Shown: piece after piece, positions 13,495 to 25,409 of the stretch
How the letters are laid out: each line of letters begins with the position of its first letter
Position numbering within the stretch: the first letter of the stretch is position 1
Assembly (NCBI GenBank): GCA_030390025.1
Contig: CM059438.1
Location: forward strand, 69,132,001 to 69,196,000
Direction of reading: 5' to 3'
Source of the DNA: Squalus acanthias
Taxonomy: Eukaryota
Length of the DNA stretch: 64,000 nucleotides
Translations under genes and position numbers: made by a program
Notes under the pieces: model-generated
Database searches by the model: none
Told to the model about the DNA's origin: nothing
What the model saw: the letters and a program-made list of their open reading frames with translations, nothing else

Positions 13495-13829
13495 TAAAAA
13501 CTTGTTTTTATATAGGTAGGCCTTACTGTGTGTCTCAGCAACATCCCAAAGCGAAACACATAATATGACTTACATTGTGCAGTTACTGTGTCATGCAAGT
13601 AAATGTAGCCGCCAGTTTATGCACAGCAATGAGATGAATGAGTAGTTAATTTGTTTTTGTTGTCAGCTGACAATTGCCAGAGGGTCTTTACATCGATTTG
13701 AACCACCTGGACCTCTGTTTGATATCGCATCCAAAGAACAGCACATCTGACAATGCATAACTCCCTCAGTACTGCACTGGAGTGCGTCATCCCAAATTAT
13801 TGATCAAGTCTTGAATTGGGATTAAAACC
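13495..13829 (-). mobile_element. Degenerate Deu-domain SINE
   Basis: ACTCCCTCAGTACTGCACTGGAGTG and the rc of the SINE core and tail. Confidence 0.7.
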
Positions 13830-13879
13830 TAAAGGGGTTATTTTGGTGAAAGGGCGAAAACAGGCGATAAATAAGATTT

Positions 13880-16721
13880 CTTTATTTGTTTTTTTTATGG
13901 GATCTGGGCGTCACTGGCAAGGCTAGCATTTATTGCCCATTCCTAATTTCCCTTGAGAAGGTGGTGGTGAGCTGCCTTCCTGAACCGCTGCAGTCCATGT
14001 GGTGAAGGTACTCCCACAGTGCTGTTAGGGAGTTGCAGGATTTTGACCCAGCGACGATGAAGGATCGACGATATACTTCTAAGTCAGGATGGTGTGTGAC
14101 TTGGAGGTGGTGGTGTTCCCATGCACCTGCTGTCCTTGTCCTTCTAGGTGGAAGAGGTCGCGGGTTTGGGAGGTGCTGCCAAAGACGCCTTGGCGAGTTG
14201 CTGCAGTGCATCTTGTAGATGGTACACACTGCAGTCACGGTATGCCTGTGGTGGAGGGCGTGAATGTTTAAGGTGGTAGATGGAGTGCCAATCAAGCGGG
14301 CTGCTTTGTCCTGGATGGTGTCGAGCTTCTTGAGTGTTGTTGGAGCTGCACTCATCCAGGCAAGTGGAGTGTATTCCATCACACATCTTACTTGTGCCTT
14401 GTAGATGGTAGAAAGGCTTTGGGGAGTCAGGAGGTGAGGCACTCACCGCAGAATACCTAGCCTCTGACCTGCTCTTGTTGCCACAGTATTTATGTGGCTG
14501 GTCCAGTGAAGTCTCTGGTCAATAGTGACCCCTAGGATGTTGATGGTGGGGAATTCGGCAATGGTAATGCCGTTGAATGTCAAGGGGTGGTGGTTAGACA
14601 CTCGCTTGTTGGAGATAGTCATTGCCTGGCACTTCTGTGGCGCGAATGTTACCTGCCACTTATCAGCCCAAGCCTGAACGTCGTCCAGGTCTTGTTGTAT
14701 GCGGGCATGGACTGTTTAATTATCTGAGGAGTTGTGAATGGCACTGAACACTGTGCAGTCATCAGCGAACATCCCCATTTCTGACCTTATGTTTGAGGGA
14801 AGGTCATTGATGAAGCAGCTGAAGATGGTTGGACCTAGGACACTGCCCTGAGGAACTCCTGGGGCTGTGATGATTGACCTTCAATCACCACAACCATCTT
14901 TCTTTGTGCTTGGTATGACTCCAGCCAGTGGAGCATTTCCCTCTGATGAGGCGGTAATTGGCCAGATTGGATTTAGTCCTGCTTTTTGTGGACAGGACAT
15001 ACCTGGGTGGTTTTCCACATTGTCGGCTAGATGCCAGTGTTGTAGCTGTACTGGAACAGCTTGGCTAGAGGCGCGGCTAGTTCTGGAGCATAAGTCTTCA
15101 GCACGATAGCCAGGGCCTTTGCTGTATCCAGTGCATTCAGCCGATTCTTGATATTATGTGGAGTGAATCGAATTGGCTGAAGACTGGCTTCTGTGATGGT
15201 GGGGACCTCAGGAGGAGGCCGATATGGATCATCCACTCGGCACTAGTACTTGCAAATGCTTCAGCCTTGTCTTTTGCACTCACGTGCTGGGCTCCACCAT
15301 CATTGAGGATGGGGATATTCATGGAGCCTCCTCCTCCTCCCATTAGTTGTTTAATGGTCCACCACCATCCAGCTTTGATCTGACCCATTGATTGTGGGAT
15401 CGCTTATCCCTGTCAATAGCATGCTGCTTCTGCTTTTTAGCATGCATTTAGTCCTGTGTTGCAGCTTCCCCAGGTTGGCACCTAATTTTTAGCTACGCCT
15501 GGTGCTGCTCCTGGCATGCTCTTCTACACTCCTTATTGAACCAGGGTTGGTCTCCTGGCTTGATGGTAATGGTAGAGTGAGGGATATGCCAGGCCATGAG
15601 GTTACAGATTGTGGTGGAATACAATTCTGCTGCTGCTGATTGCCCACAGCACCTCAAGGATGCCCAGTTTTGAGCTGCTAGATCTGTTCTGAATCTATCC
15701 CATTTAACACGGTAGTAGTGCTTCACAACACGATGGAGGGTGTCCTCAGTGTGAAGACAGGACTTCGTCTCCAGAATGGCTCTGCTGTGGTCACTGCTAC
15801 CAATACTGTCATGGACAGAGGCATCTGCAACAGGTAGATTGGTGAGGACGAGGTCAAGTAGGTTTTTCCCTGATGTTGGTTCTCTCACCACCTGTCGCAG
15901 GCCCAGACTGGCAGCTATGTCCTTCAGGACTCAGCCAGTAGTGGTGTTATCAAGCCACTCTTGGTGATTGAAGTCCCCCACCAAGAGTACATTCTGTGCC
16001 CTTGCTACTCTCAATGCTTCTTCCAAGTGGTGTTCAACATGGAGAAGTACTGATTTGTCAGCTGAGGGATGGCAATCAGCAGGAGAAGCCCATGCTTGGC
16101 CTGAAGCCATGAGACTTCATGGGGTCCAGAGTCAATGTTGAGGACTCCCAGGGCCACTCCTTCCCAACTGTACCGCTACCCCTGGTGATGGAGGAGTTCG
16201 GGACATTGGCTGAAAGGTATGATTCTGTGAGTATGACTATGGCAGGCTGTTGCTTGACTAGTCTGTGGGAGAGCTCTCCTAATTTTGGCACAAGACCCCA
16301 GATGTTAGTGAGGAGGACTTTGCAGGGTTGACTGGGCTGGGTGTGCCGTTGCCGTGACCATAGCCGGTGCCGAGGTCGATGCCGGGTGGTCCGTCCGATT
16401 TCATTTTTATCATTTTGTTTCGGAGCGGTTTGTTACAACTGAGTGACTGAGTGGCTTGCTCGGCCATTTCAGAGGGCAGTTAAGAGTCAACCACATTGTT
16501 GTGGGTCTGGAGCCAGACCAGGTAAGGACAGCAGATTAATGAACCAGATGGGTTTTTACGACAATCCGATAGTTTCATGGTTACCATTACTGATACTAGC
16601 TTTTTTATTCCAGATTTATTTAATTAACTGAATTTAAATTTCCCAGCTGCTGTGGTGGGATTTGAACTCACGTCTACTTGGATTATTAGCCCAGTGACAT
16701 TACCACTATGCCACCATTCCC
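13880..16721 (-). mobile_element. CR1-group LINE (L2/Crack/Daphne-like; clade not resolved) with tRNA-like 5' head, internally deleted
   Basis: APE (IVILTESYL, LLDLVLTN, SSDH), PWFN linker, RT region and IYKAQVR..MEY C-terminus; 3' end GGGCAATAAATGC...GACGCCC; A and B boxes at the 5' end (16658-16713). Confidence 0.9.
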
Positions 16722-16979
16722 TTAAAGGCATATCACCTTTTACTGTTAACTTGCTGCTGGAGGCTTGAGGAGACTTTTTAAGCAGATCGAGAGACTTTCT
16801 ACGACACTTTGTCAAGACTTAACCAACACTCTATCAACATTTATTCTGGAAATTCTCTGAGGACTTCACCTAAAAAGTGTGAGTGCTGGGCTACTCTACC
16901 TTATTGGACAGCTTATAAGAGTCACCAGGAGAAAGGGAGTGCTTGTTCATCGGCATCTTGCTACTGGTCCCCCTTGGTC

Positions 16980-17200
16980 TGCAGGAGGAATGGGAGGAGG
17001 AGATGAGGCCAGGCAGAGCAGCTCCGGCTGCTGCAGGAGAGAGGCAGAGGAGGGCTCTCGATTCCTGGTGACTTTCTGCATGCTCCACAATCTGGCAATC
17101 CTGAGAGACCAGCCTTTATCACTAGCAATTGTGCTAGAGGGTCAAGCTCAGGAACTGGAAGAGGAGGAAGAGGAGGTTGAGGAGGAGAGAGGAGGATGGA
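16980..17200 (+). pseudogene. Harbinger (DDE_Tnp_4) transposase C-terminal remnant
   Basis: FLVTFCMLHNLAI followed by an acidic poly-E stretch, the typical C(x)LHN motif. Confidence 0.75.
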
Positions 17201-17334
17201 GGGACAGAAGGGCGAGTTGGACTCCTTCCCCCCTGTGGGTACAGGACATCCTGCCTCCTCTGGACCTCTTCCACCAGGTCCTCCCATGCCACATTAGAGA
17301 ACCTGTGCGCCCTCTCCCTCGGTCCATGAGCCAT
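17200..17334 (-). pseudogene. Harbinger Myb/SANT-like protein N-terminal remnant
   Basis: MAHGPRERAHRFSNVAWEDLVEEVQRRQDVLYPQGG, homologous to the 41-220 ORF. Confidence 0.75.
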
Positions 17335-18394
17335 CCTGAAACCTGTCGCTGTGTGTCAGCCAGCGCACTCCACACCGTTAGTGGAAATGGGTGAGTGGAG
17401 CTCCACGAAAATTGCATCTAATCAGTGCTTGAGTGCTAAACCTGCAGGTGTCTCTGTTTTAGCACCTCCAGGCAAGTTCAAATTATGGTAATCAGCAATG
17501 AGGACCAAAATTGCACGTTAAAACAAAACTTTCGAAGAGGCATGTCTTATTAGCACATCATCCATTTAGCACCTGTTTTCACATTTTCACCAAAATAACC
17601 TCCTTAATCTGCTAATGGAAACTTTAGTCTGGGAGGGAACACAGGGATAATGTTGGGAGGGGGAAGATCCCGAACTATAACTCAGCTCTTGGAGAATTCA
17701 GCAGCTTCAAACTCCAACATTTTGCTGTGACGGACACATATGAACCATCCTTAAATGTACTGTTAGTGTAGTATTGTTTTCAGAGTTCTTGGGTGTGCTT
17801 ATGTTTGAAGGGAGATTGAAATGTTAACCCAGGTGTGAAATATGTTGCAAGTTACCTTCTTTCAGCCTTCTTTGCATGATATGCTCCTACAGAACACTAA
17901 TCTCAGCAGCCCTTGTACAAGATGATGAAAAAAAACCTGATGTATTGGTGTAGTTTACCATTTCCTGCCTTTATTACCTGTCACAGACAATTGCCTTAGG
18001 AATACCTTTCAACGTGGTCATAAGAACATAAGAAACAGGAGCAGGAGTAGGCCAATCGGCTCCTCGAGCCTGCTCCGCCATTCAATAAGATCATGGCTGA
18101 TCCAATCTTGGCCTCAACACCACTTTCCCGCTCTCTCCCCATAACCCTTGACTCCCTTGTAGTTCAAATGTCTGTCAATCTCCACCTTGAATATATTCAA
18201 TGACTCCGCATCCACAGCTCTCTGGGGTAGAGAATTCCAAAGATTCACGACCCTCTGAGAGAAGAAATTCCTCCTCATCTCCATCTTAAATGGGCGACCC
18301 CTTATTCAGAAACTATGCTCTCTAGTTCTAGATACACCTATTAGGGGAAACATCCTCTCAGCATCCACCCTGTCAATCCGCCTCAGAATCTTAT

Positions 18395-19128
18395 GGGGGA
18401 GAGATTGAGTAGCGCCCCCTTTTACTACTTATTAGCGCCCCGGAAAAATTAGCGCCCCCGCAGCCGAAATTGAGTGGTAGCGCCAAAAGAGGGAAGCGGG
18501 GCACTACTGGAAGCGCCCCACCTTACTCTTAGGGTGCTGCGAGGGAATATCACGGCGCTACGTGCCGCAGCGCCACGAGCTGTGGCACATCGCACCGCGG
18601 TATTGCAGGCCTTCCTCCCCTTCTTAAAGGGGAGGGGCCTTGCGCAGCGCAACCCAGGGCCCAGCTGGGCCACCGGGGATCGGAGTGCTGGCAAAAGAGC
18701 CCGGCACTCAAGAGAAGTGCCGGGCTCATGGAGCGCAGCCAGCACTCCGCGGGGGGGGGCGGGTCAGGAGGCCGGGGACGGGAGCGGAGGCAGGGGCTGG
18801 CAGGCGGCCAGCAACAAAAATGGCCGCCCAGCACCTCGCCTTTAAATAACGGCGCCCCGGCCACAGGTAGGCCCCCCCTGACCCCGTCGAACATAGCGTC
18901 CGGCGGTAAGTCGAGGGCGCTACCGAAGATTGCGGTCAGGGTGTGAGCGGGGCGCTGCACACGGCGATGATGTCATCGCCGGCAGCGAAGCACCGCGGGG
19001 TGCTAACGGTTCGCGCCGCCGCTAACCTCCTGCTGAATTTCGCGGGAGGCATTGGCAGTGCCGCGCCCGGGCGCTAGTTGCCTCTAAGGGCACTAACGGG
19101 AGGCGCAAAGCAACCAAATTTTTCCGCC
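18395..19128. mobile_element. GC-rich Harbinger-type MITE inserted in CR1 ORF2
   Basis: 3-bp TSD TAT (18392-18394 / 19129-19131); removal restores the CR1 sequence ATCTTATATGTTT; imperfect TIRs GGGGGAGAGATTG / AAATTTTTCCGCC; repeated TAGCGCC/GGCGCTA subterminal motifs. Confidence 0.9.
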
Positions 19129-21126
19129 TATATGTTTAAATAAGATCAAATCTCATTCTTCTAAACTCCAATGAGTATAGGCCCAACCTGCTCAACCTTT
19201 CCTCATACATCAACCCCTTCATCCCAGGAATCAACATAGTGAGCCTTCTCTGCACTGCCTCCAATGCAAGTATATCCTTCCTTAAATATGGAGACCAAAA
19301 CTGTACGCAGTACTCCAGGTGCGGTCTCACCAGCGCCCTTAAAGTTGCATCAAAACTTCCCTATTTTTGTACTCCATACCCCTTGCAATAAAGGCCAACA
19401 TTCCATTAGCCTTCCTAATTACTTGCTATACCTGCATGCTAACTTTTTATGTTTCATGTACTAGGACCCCCAGATCCCTTTGTACCGCAGCATTTTGTAG
19501 TCTTACTCCATTTAAATAATAATTTGCTTTTTCATTCTTCCTTCCAAAGTGGATAACCTCACATTTTCCCACATTATACTCCATCTGCCAAAATTTGCCC
19601 ACTCACTTAACCTATCTATATCCCTTTGCAGACTCTTTGTGTCCTCCTCACAACTTGCTAACCCACCTATCTTTGTATCATCTGCAAATTTGGCTACAGT
19701 ACTCTCGGTCCCTTCATCCAAGTCATTAATATAGATTGTAAATAGTTGAGGCACCAGCACTGATCCCTGTGGCACCCCACTAGTTACTGATTGCCAACCT
19801 GAAAATGACCCATTTATCCCGACTCTCTGTTTTCTGTTAGTTAGCCAATCCTCTACCCATGCCAATATATTAACCCCAACCCCGTGCACTCTTATCTTGT
19901 GCAGTAACCTTTTATGTGGCACCTTATCGAATGCCTTCTGGAAATCCAAATACACTACATCTACTGGTTCCCCTTTATCCACCTTGTTTGTTACATCCTC
20001 AAATAACTCTAGCAAATTTGTCAATCACAATTTCCCTTTCATAAAACCATGTTGACTCTGCTTGATTGTCTTATGATTTTCTAAATGTCCTGCTATTACC
20101 TCCTTAATAATGGATTCCAGAATTTTCCCAATGACAGATGTTAGGCTAACTGGCCTATAGTTTCCTGGTTTCTGTCTCCCTCCTTTCTTGAATAGGGGCA
20201 TTACATTTACGGTTTTCCAATCCGCTGGGACCTCTCCAGAATCCAGGGAATTTTGGTAGATTACAACCAACGTATCCACTATCTCTGCAGCCACTTCTTT
20301 TAAGACCCGAGGATGCAGGCCATCAGGTCCAGGGGACTTGTCGGCCTTTAGCCCCATTAGTTTGCCTAGTACTTTTTCTCTAGTGATAGAGATTGTTTTA
20401 AGTTCCTCCCTCCCTATAGCACATTGATTATCTATTATTATTGGGATGTTTTTAGTGTCTTCTACCATGAAGACCGATCCAAAATAATTGTTTAGAGTCT
20501 CTGCCATTTCTCTATTTCCCATTATTAATTCCCCAGTCTCATCCTCTATGGGGCCAACGTTTACTTTAGCTACTCTCTTCCTCTTTATATACCTGTAGAA
20601 GCTCTTATTGTCTGTTTTTATCTTATTTGCTAATTTACTCTCATACTCTATCTTCTCCCTCTTTATAATTTTTTTAGTCATCCTTTGCTGGTTTCAAAAA
20701 TTTTCCCAATCTTCTGGCCTACCACTAATCTTTGCAACATTGTATGCCTTTTCTTTCAATTTGACACCATCCTTAACTTCCTTAGTTAGCCACGGATGGT
20801 TCATCCTTCTCATAGAGTCTTTCTTTCTCATTGGAATATATCTTTGCTGAGAGTTATGAAATATCCCCTTAAATGTCTGCCACTGTTGATCTACTGTCTT
20901 ACCCTTTAATCTATTTTCCCAGTCCACTTTAGCCAACTCTGTCCTCATACCCTTGTAATTGCCTTTATTTAAGTTTAGGACACTAGTTTCAGACCCAAGT
21001 TTCTGACCCTCAAACTGAATTTGAAACTCTACCATGTTATAATCACTCTTTCCTAGGGGATCCTTTACTATGAGATCATTACACATTACCAGATCTAAAA
21101 TAGCCTGCTCCCTGGTTGTTTCCTCA

Positions 21127-21245
21127 ACATAGAAACATAGAAGATAGGAGCAGGAGTAGGCCATTCGGCCCCTCGAGCCCGTTCCACCATTTAATGAGAT
21201 CATGGCTGATCATCCAAATTCAGTACCCTGTCCCTGCTTTCTCAA
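21127..21245 (-). mobile_element. Short CR1 3'-end insertion inside CR1
   Basis: CATAGAAACATAGAAGATAGGAGC tail; same subfamily as 29090-29385; CTCAA on both flanks. Confidence 0.85.
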
Positions 21246-21841
21246 TGTATTGCTCTAAGAAACCATCCCAAATACACTCTATGAACTTGTCCTCAAGGCT
21301 ACCCTTGCTAATTTGAATTGTCCAATCTATATGATGATTAAAATCGCCCATGATTATTGCAGTACCTTTCTTACAAACCCCCATTATTTATTGATTTATA
21401 CTCTGTCCAACAGTATAGCTACTGTTAGGGGGCATATATACTACTCCCACCAGTGACTTCTTACCCTTACTATTTCTTATCTCCACCCAAACTGATTCTA
21501 CATCTTGAGCTTCTAAGCCAATATCATTCCTCACCACTGCAGTGATCTCATCCTTTATTAACAGAGCTACCCCACCTACTTTTCCTTTCTGCCTATCCTT
21601 CCGAAATGTCAAATACCCCTGAATATTCAATTCCCAGCCTTGGTCACCTTGCAACCACGTCTCTGTAATGGCTCTCAGATCATACCCATTTATTTCTATT
21701 TGTGCCGTCAACTCATCTATCTTGTTACGAATGCTGCGTGCATTCAGATAAAGAGCCTTTAATTTTATCTTATCATTTTTCCTTACTCTGACTCTATTTT
21801 CTGGTGCACTCTTATGCTTGTATGCTCTGCCCCTTCCTGAT

Positions 21842-22391
21842 ACATAGAACATAGAACATAGAACAGTACAGCACAGTACAGGCCCTTCGGCCCTCGATGT
21901 TGTGCCGAGCATTGTCCGAAACCAAGATCAAACTATCCCACTCCCTATCATTTTGGTGTGCTCCATGTGCTTATCCAATAACCGCTTGAAAGTTCCTAAA
22001 GTGTCCGACTCCACTATCACAGCAGGCAGTCCATTCCACACCCCAACCACTCTCTGAGTAAAGAATCTACCTCGGACATCCCTTCTATATCTCCCCCCAT
22101 GCACCTTATAGTTATGCCCCCTTGTAACAGCTACATCCACCCGAGGAAATAGTCTCTGAACATTCACTCTATCTATCCCCCTCATCATCTTATAAACCTC
22201 TATTAAGTCGCCTCTCATCCTCCTCCGCTCTAAAGAGAAAAGCCCGAGCTCCCTCAATCTTTCCTCATAAGACCTCCCCCCCAAACCAGGCAGCATCCTG
22301 GTAAATCTCCTTTGCACTCTTTCCAATGCTTCCACGTCCTTCCTATAGTGAGGTGACCAGAACTGCACACAATATTCCAAATGTGGTCTCA
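21842..22391 (-). mobile_element. Second-subfamily CR1 3' fragment nested between ORF1 and ORF2 of the host CR1
   Basis: [18 protein letters not shown]...RFFTQRVV ORF and (AGAACAT)n tail. Confidence 0.92.
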
Positions 22392-22548
22392 TTCTGGTTA
22401 TCGTTACCCCTGTCGTTGCCCTGCACTATTGCCTTCTCCTTTCTCTTTGCCTTCCTAAATACCCCTTCACCTGAACCCCTATCTTCTATTTCCAGCTTAG
22501 CTTTTCTCCCTTCTGATTCTACCCTCAGGTTCCCATCCCCCTGCCAAA

Positions 22549-23505
22549 CTAGTTTAAACCCTCCCCAACAGCACTAGCAAAACCCCTCATGAGGATATTG
22601 GTCCCGTTCCCATTGAGGTGCAACCCGCCTGGCTTGTAGAGGTCCCACCTCGCCCAGAAACGGTTCCAATTCCTCAGGAATCTAAAGTCCTCCCTTCCAC
22701 ACCATCTCTCCAGCCACGCATTTATCTGCTCTATCTTCCTATTTCTGTACTCACAAGCACGTGGCACTGGTAGTAATTCGGAGATTACTACCTTTGAGGT
22801 CCTGCTTTTTAACCTCTTTCCTAGCTCCCTAAACACTGCCTGTAGGACCTCATCCCTCTTTCTACCTATGTCGTTGGTACCGATATGGACCACGACCTCT
22901 GGCTGTTCACCCTCCTCTCTCAAAATGCCCTGCAGCCGTTCAGTGACATCCTTGACCCTGGAACCAGGGAGGCTACTACCATCCTGGAGTCACGTCTGCG
23001 GCCGCAGAAACGCCTGTCTGCTCCCCTAACTATTGAATCCCCTACCATTATTGCTCTCCCTCTCTTCTTCCCCCCCCCGCCCCCCACGTGCAGCTGAGCC
23101 TTCCATGGTGCTGTGGACTTGGCTCTGGCTGCACTCCCCAGAGGAACCATCGCCCTCACCAGTACTCAGCACCGAATATTGGTTGGTGAGCAAGATGGGC
23201 TCAGGGGACTCCTGCACTACCTGCCTGGTCCTCCTCTTCTGTCTGGCAGTCACCCAGTACCTCTCCGCCTGCACATTCTTAAGCTGCGGGGTGACCACCT
23301 CCCGAACCGTGCTATCCACGTAGCTCTCAGCCTCGCGGATGCACAGCAGTGGCTGCAGCCGCCGCTCAAGCTCCGTAACCCGGTGCTCGAGCTGCTGTAG
23401 CTGGCGACACTTTCCGCACATGTGGTCGTCCAGACCACGGGAGGTGTCCAGGACTTCCCACATGGCACAGGATGTGCATTCCATGGGTGTGAGCTGCCTT
23501 GCCAT
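22549..23505 (-). pseudogene. CR1 ORF1p: zinc finger/coiled coil plus SGNH esterase, frameshifted
   Basis: CTSCAMW...CGKC, heptad LEHRVTELERRL, GDSIVRG, VHIGTNDI, GLHLN. Confidence 0.9.
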
Positions 23506-23879
23506 AACTCTACTTAACAGACTATTTACTAACCTAGCTGGATTAAACTTAAAACTTTAAGAAAGCCAAGTATTAACACTAACCAGCTACTCACCAATCA
23601 GCTCCAATCTTAATTGTTTACTTGCCGAAACTTAATTCAGGGCTACAATTAGCTGAAAAGTTCTGTAGCTGAAATGGATAACTGACCAATTTTACCAGAA
23701 TTGTTTTCTTCAGCTCCAGTAAAAACTATCCCATAACATGGGAGTTCACTGTAAAATACTGTAATAAATATCTTATAATTGCTGTAGAATTTTTTACTTG
23801 TTTATTAAGGGTCAAAGGCTGATGAATGGTATATAGAACAACGCCTTGAACATCTCCTATATACTGTCCTAAAGACACT

Positions 23880-24637
23880 GGCCCAAAAATTCGGCCCTTC
23901 CCGGGTGAGTACTCAATGCGTACTCACCCGTATTCATTCCCAAAGTACCGGTTTCCTGCATGCACTGCGCATGCGCGGGAAACCGGAACTTCCAGTATGG
24001 TGAAGGGGGCGGTTCCTAGGTGAACCGCGTGCGCGCTAGAGGCTGCGCGCACGCAGCACACTTAGATTTTTTTTCAGGTTTCGACGCGAGGGTAAGTATT
24101 GAAGATTCTACGCTAATAAAAAGGAGGCATAAGACCCCATTTGAACAAGGTAAGTGGTTAATTAAGTATAATTTTAATTTTTTTCAACAGGTTTATCTTT
24201 TTTCGATACTTTAAAGAAAGGTAAGTTTATTTTTATAATTTTAAAAAGTATTTTAATTTTTTCAAAAATTTAAATTTTTGTTTAAAGTGGTTAATTTATT
24301 TAACTATAGTTATTTTATAAATGTGATGTTTTTTTTAATTTATTTTAAGTTTAGCTGTTCTTTTGGGGCCGATTTCAATTCACAGATTTGACAGGTCTCC
24401 TGTTAAATCTATGAATGAAAGATGGTCTGCTGCCATTGGTTCTCCATGGCCCACGTGATCCCAGGGGTCGCATCGCACTAACTGCGCCCCTGGAACACGC
24501 AAGCACTGCGCGCCGGCTCTTGGGAGAGGCCCAGGACCCGAAGTTCCTGTGGGCCCAAAACACAACGGCAGGCGCGGTGGGTAAGAGCGCGCGCGATCCT
24601 TAACCCGCGGCAAGCCGGCCACACGAATTTCTAGGCC
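23880..24637 (+). mobile_element. MITE family A, copy 1
   Basis: TIRs GGCCCAAAAATTCG / CGAATTTCTAGGCC, flanks ACT/ATT; GC-rich palindromic ends and AT-rich middle; homologous to three other copies. Confidence 0.9.
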
Positions 24638-24648
24638 ATTGATATCAT

Positions 24649-25306
24649 GGCCCAGAAATTAAACACTGAGTCTTCACGCGGGGGTAAAGCTTCCCCGCGA
24701 TATCTCACTCCGCGCCTACCTTTTTCCTCCGGGCCCACACGAACTTTAGTTTCAAGGCTGCAGCTGTGCAGTGCTTGCGTGACCCGCAGACGCAATTAGT
24801 TCATGCGAGCTCTGGGATCACATGATTCAGTTAGAGCCAATGGCAGCACACCATCTTTCATTCATAGTTTTCACAGCAAGAGCTGTCAAAGTTAAATAAA
24901 TTAACCACTTTAAACAAAAAATTAAATTTTTGAAAAAATTTACAATCTTTTTAAAAGTTATAAAAATAAACTTACCTTTCTTTAAAGTCTCTAAAAAAGA
25001 TAAACCTGTTGAAAAAATTTAAAATAATACTTAATTAATTACTTACCTTGTTAAAAGAGGGTCTTACGCCTCCTTTCTTTATGTGTAAAATCTTCCATGC
25101 TTACCTGCGCGTTCAAAGCACTAAGTGCACTGCGTGCGCACAGCCTGTAGCGCGCACGCGGTTCACTTAGGAACCGCCCCCTTTTGAATTCACGAAGTGC
25201 CGGTTTCCCGCGCATGCGCAGTGCATGCTGGAAACTGCCAATTGAAGACCTAAAACGCGAGAGTACACAGTGCGTACTCTCGTGTATTTGGTCTAATTTT
25301 CGGGCC
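24649..25306 (-). mobile_element. MITE family A, copy 2 (inverted relative to copy 1)
   Basis: TIRs GGCCCAGAAATTA / TAATTTTCGGGCC with 3-bp TSD CAT. Confidence 0.9.
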
Positions 25307-25409
25307 CATATGTTTGCATTGTATTTATGGTAGGGGATGTTCATTGCAGCACATTTTCATCTTAATGTGCAAATTTCCAAGAGGGTTCATCATAATGAAG
25401 GAAGGAGTG

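Larger units (their letters stand above)
13833..17603. mobile_element. Internally deleted PIF/Harbinger element interrupted by a LINE
   Basis: ~40-bp TIRs: AGGGGTTATTTTGGTGAAAGGGCGAAAACAGGCGATAAA (13833-) versus the rc of TTTAGCACCTGTTTTCACATTTTCACCAAAATAACCTCC (-17603); TWA-type flanks; convergent transposase and Myb remnants at 16980-17334. Confidence 0.85.
18019..23605 (-). mobile_element. Near-full-length CR1 LINE (ORF1 + ORF2), disrupted, with three nested insertions
   Basis: ORF1 23505-22549; ORF2 from ~21800 (YLNARSIRNK, ITETWL, SDY) through RT (FADD) to the (CATAAGAA)n tail at 18019. Confidence 0.97.

Noticed and set aside
16879..17394. 171-aa poly-Glu ORF as a host gene (e.g. HARBI1)
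   Set aside because: It lies within TIRs, lacks the DDE core and overlaps a convergent Myb remnant; it is a transposon relic.
18449..18960. CpG island / GC-rich ORFs suggesting a host promoter
   Set aside because: Entirely inside a TSD-flanked MITE inserted in CR1 ORF2.
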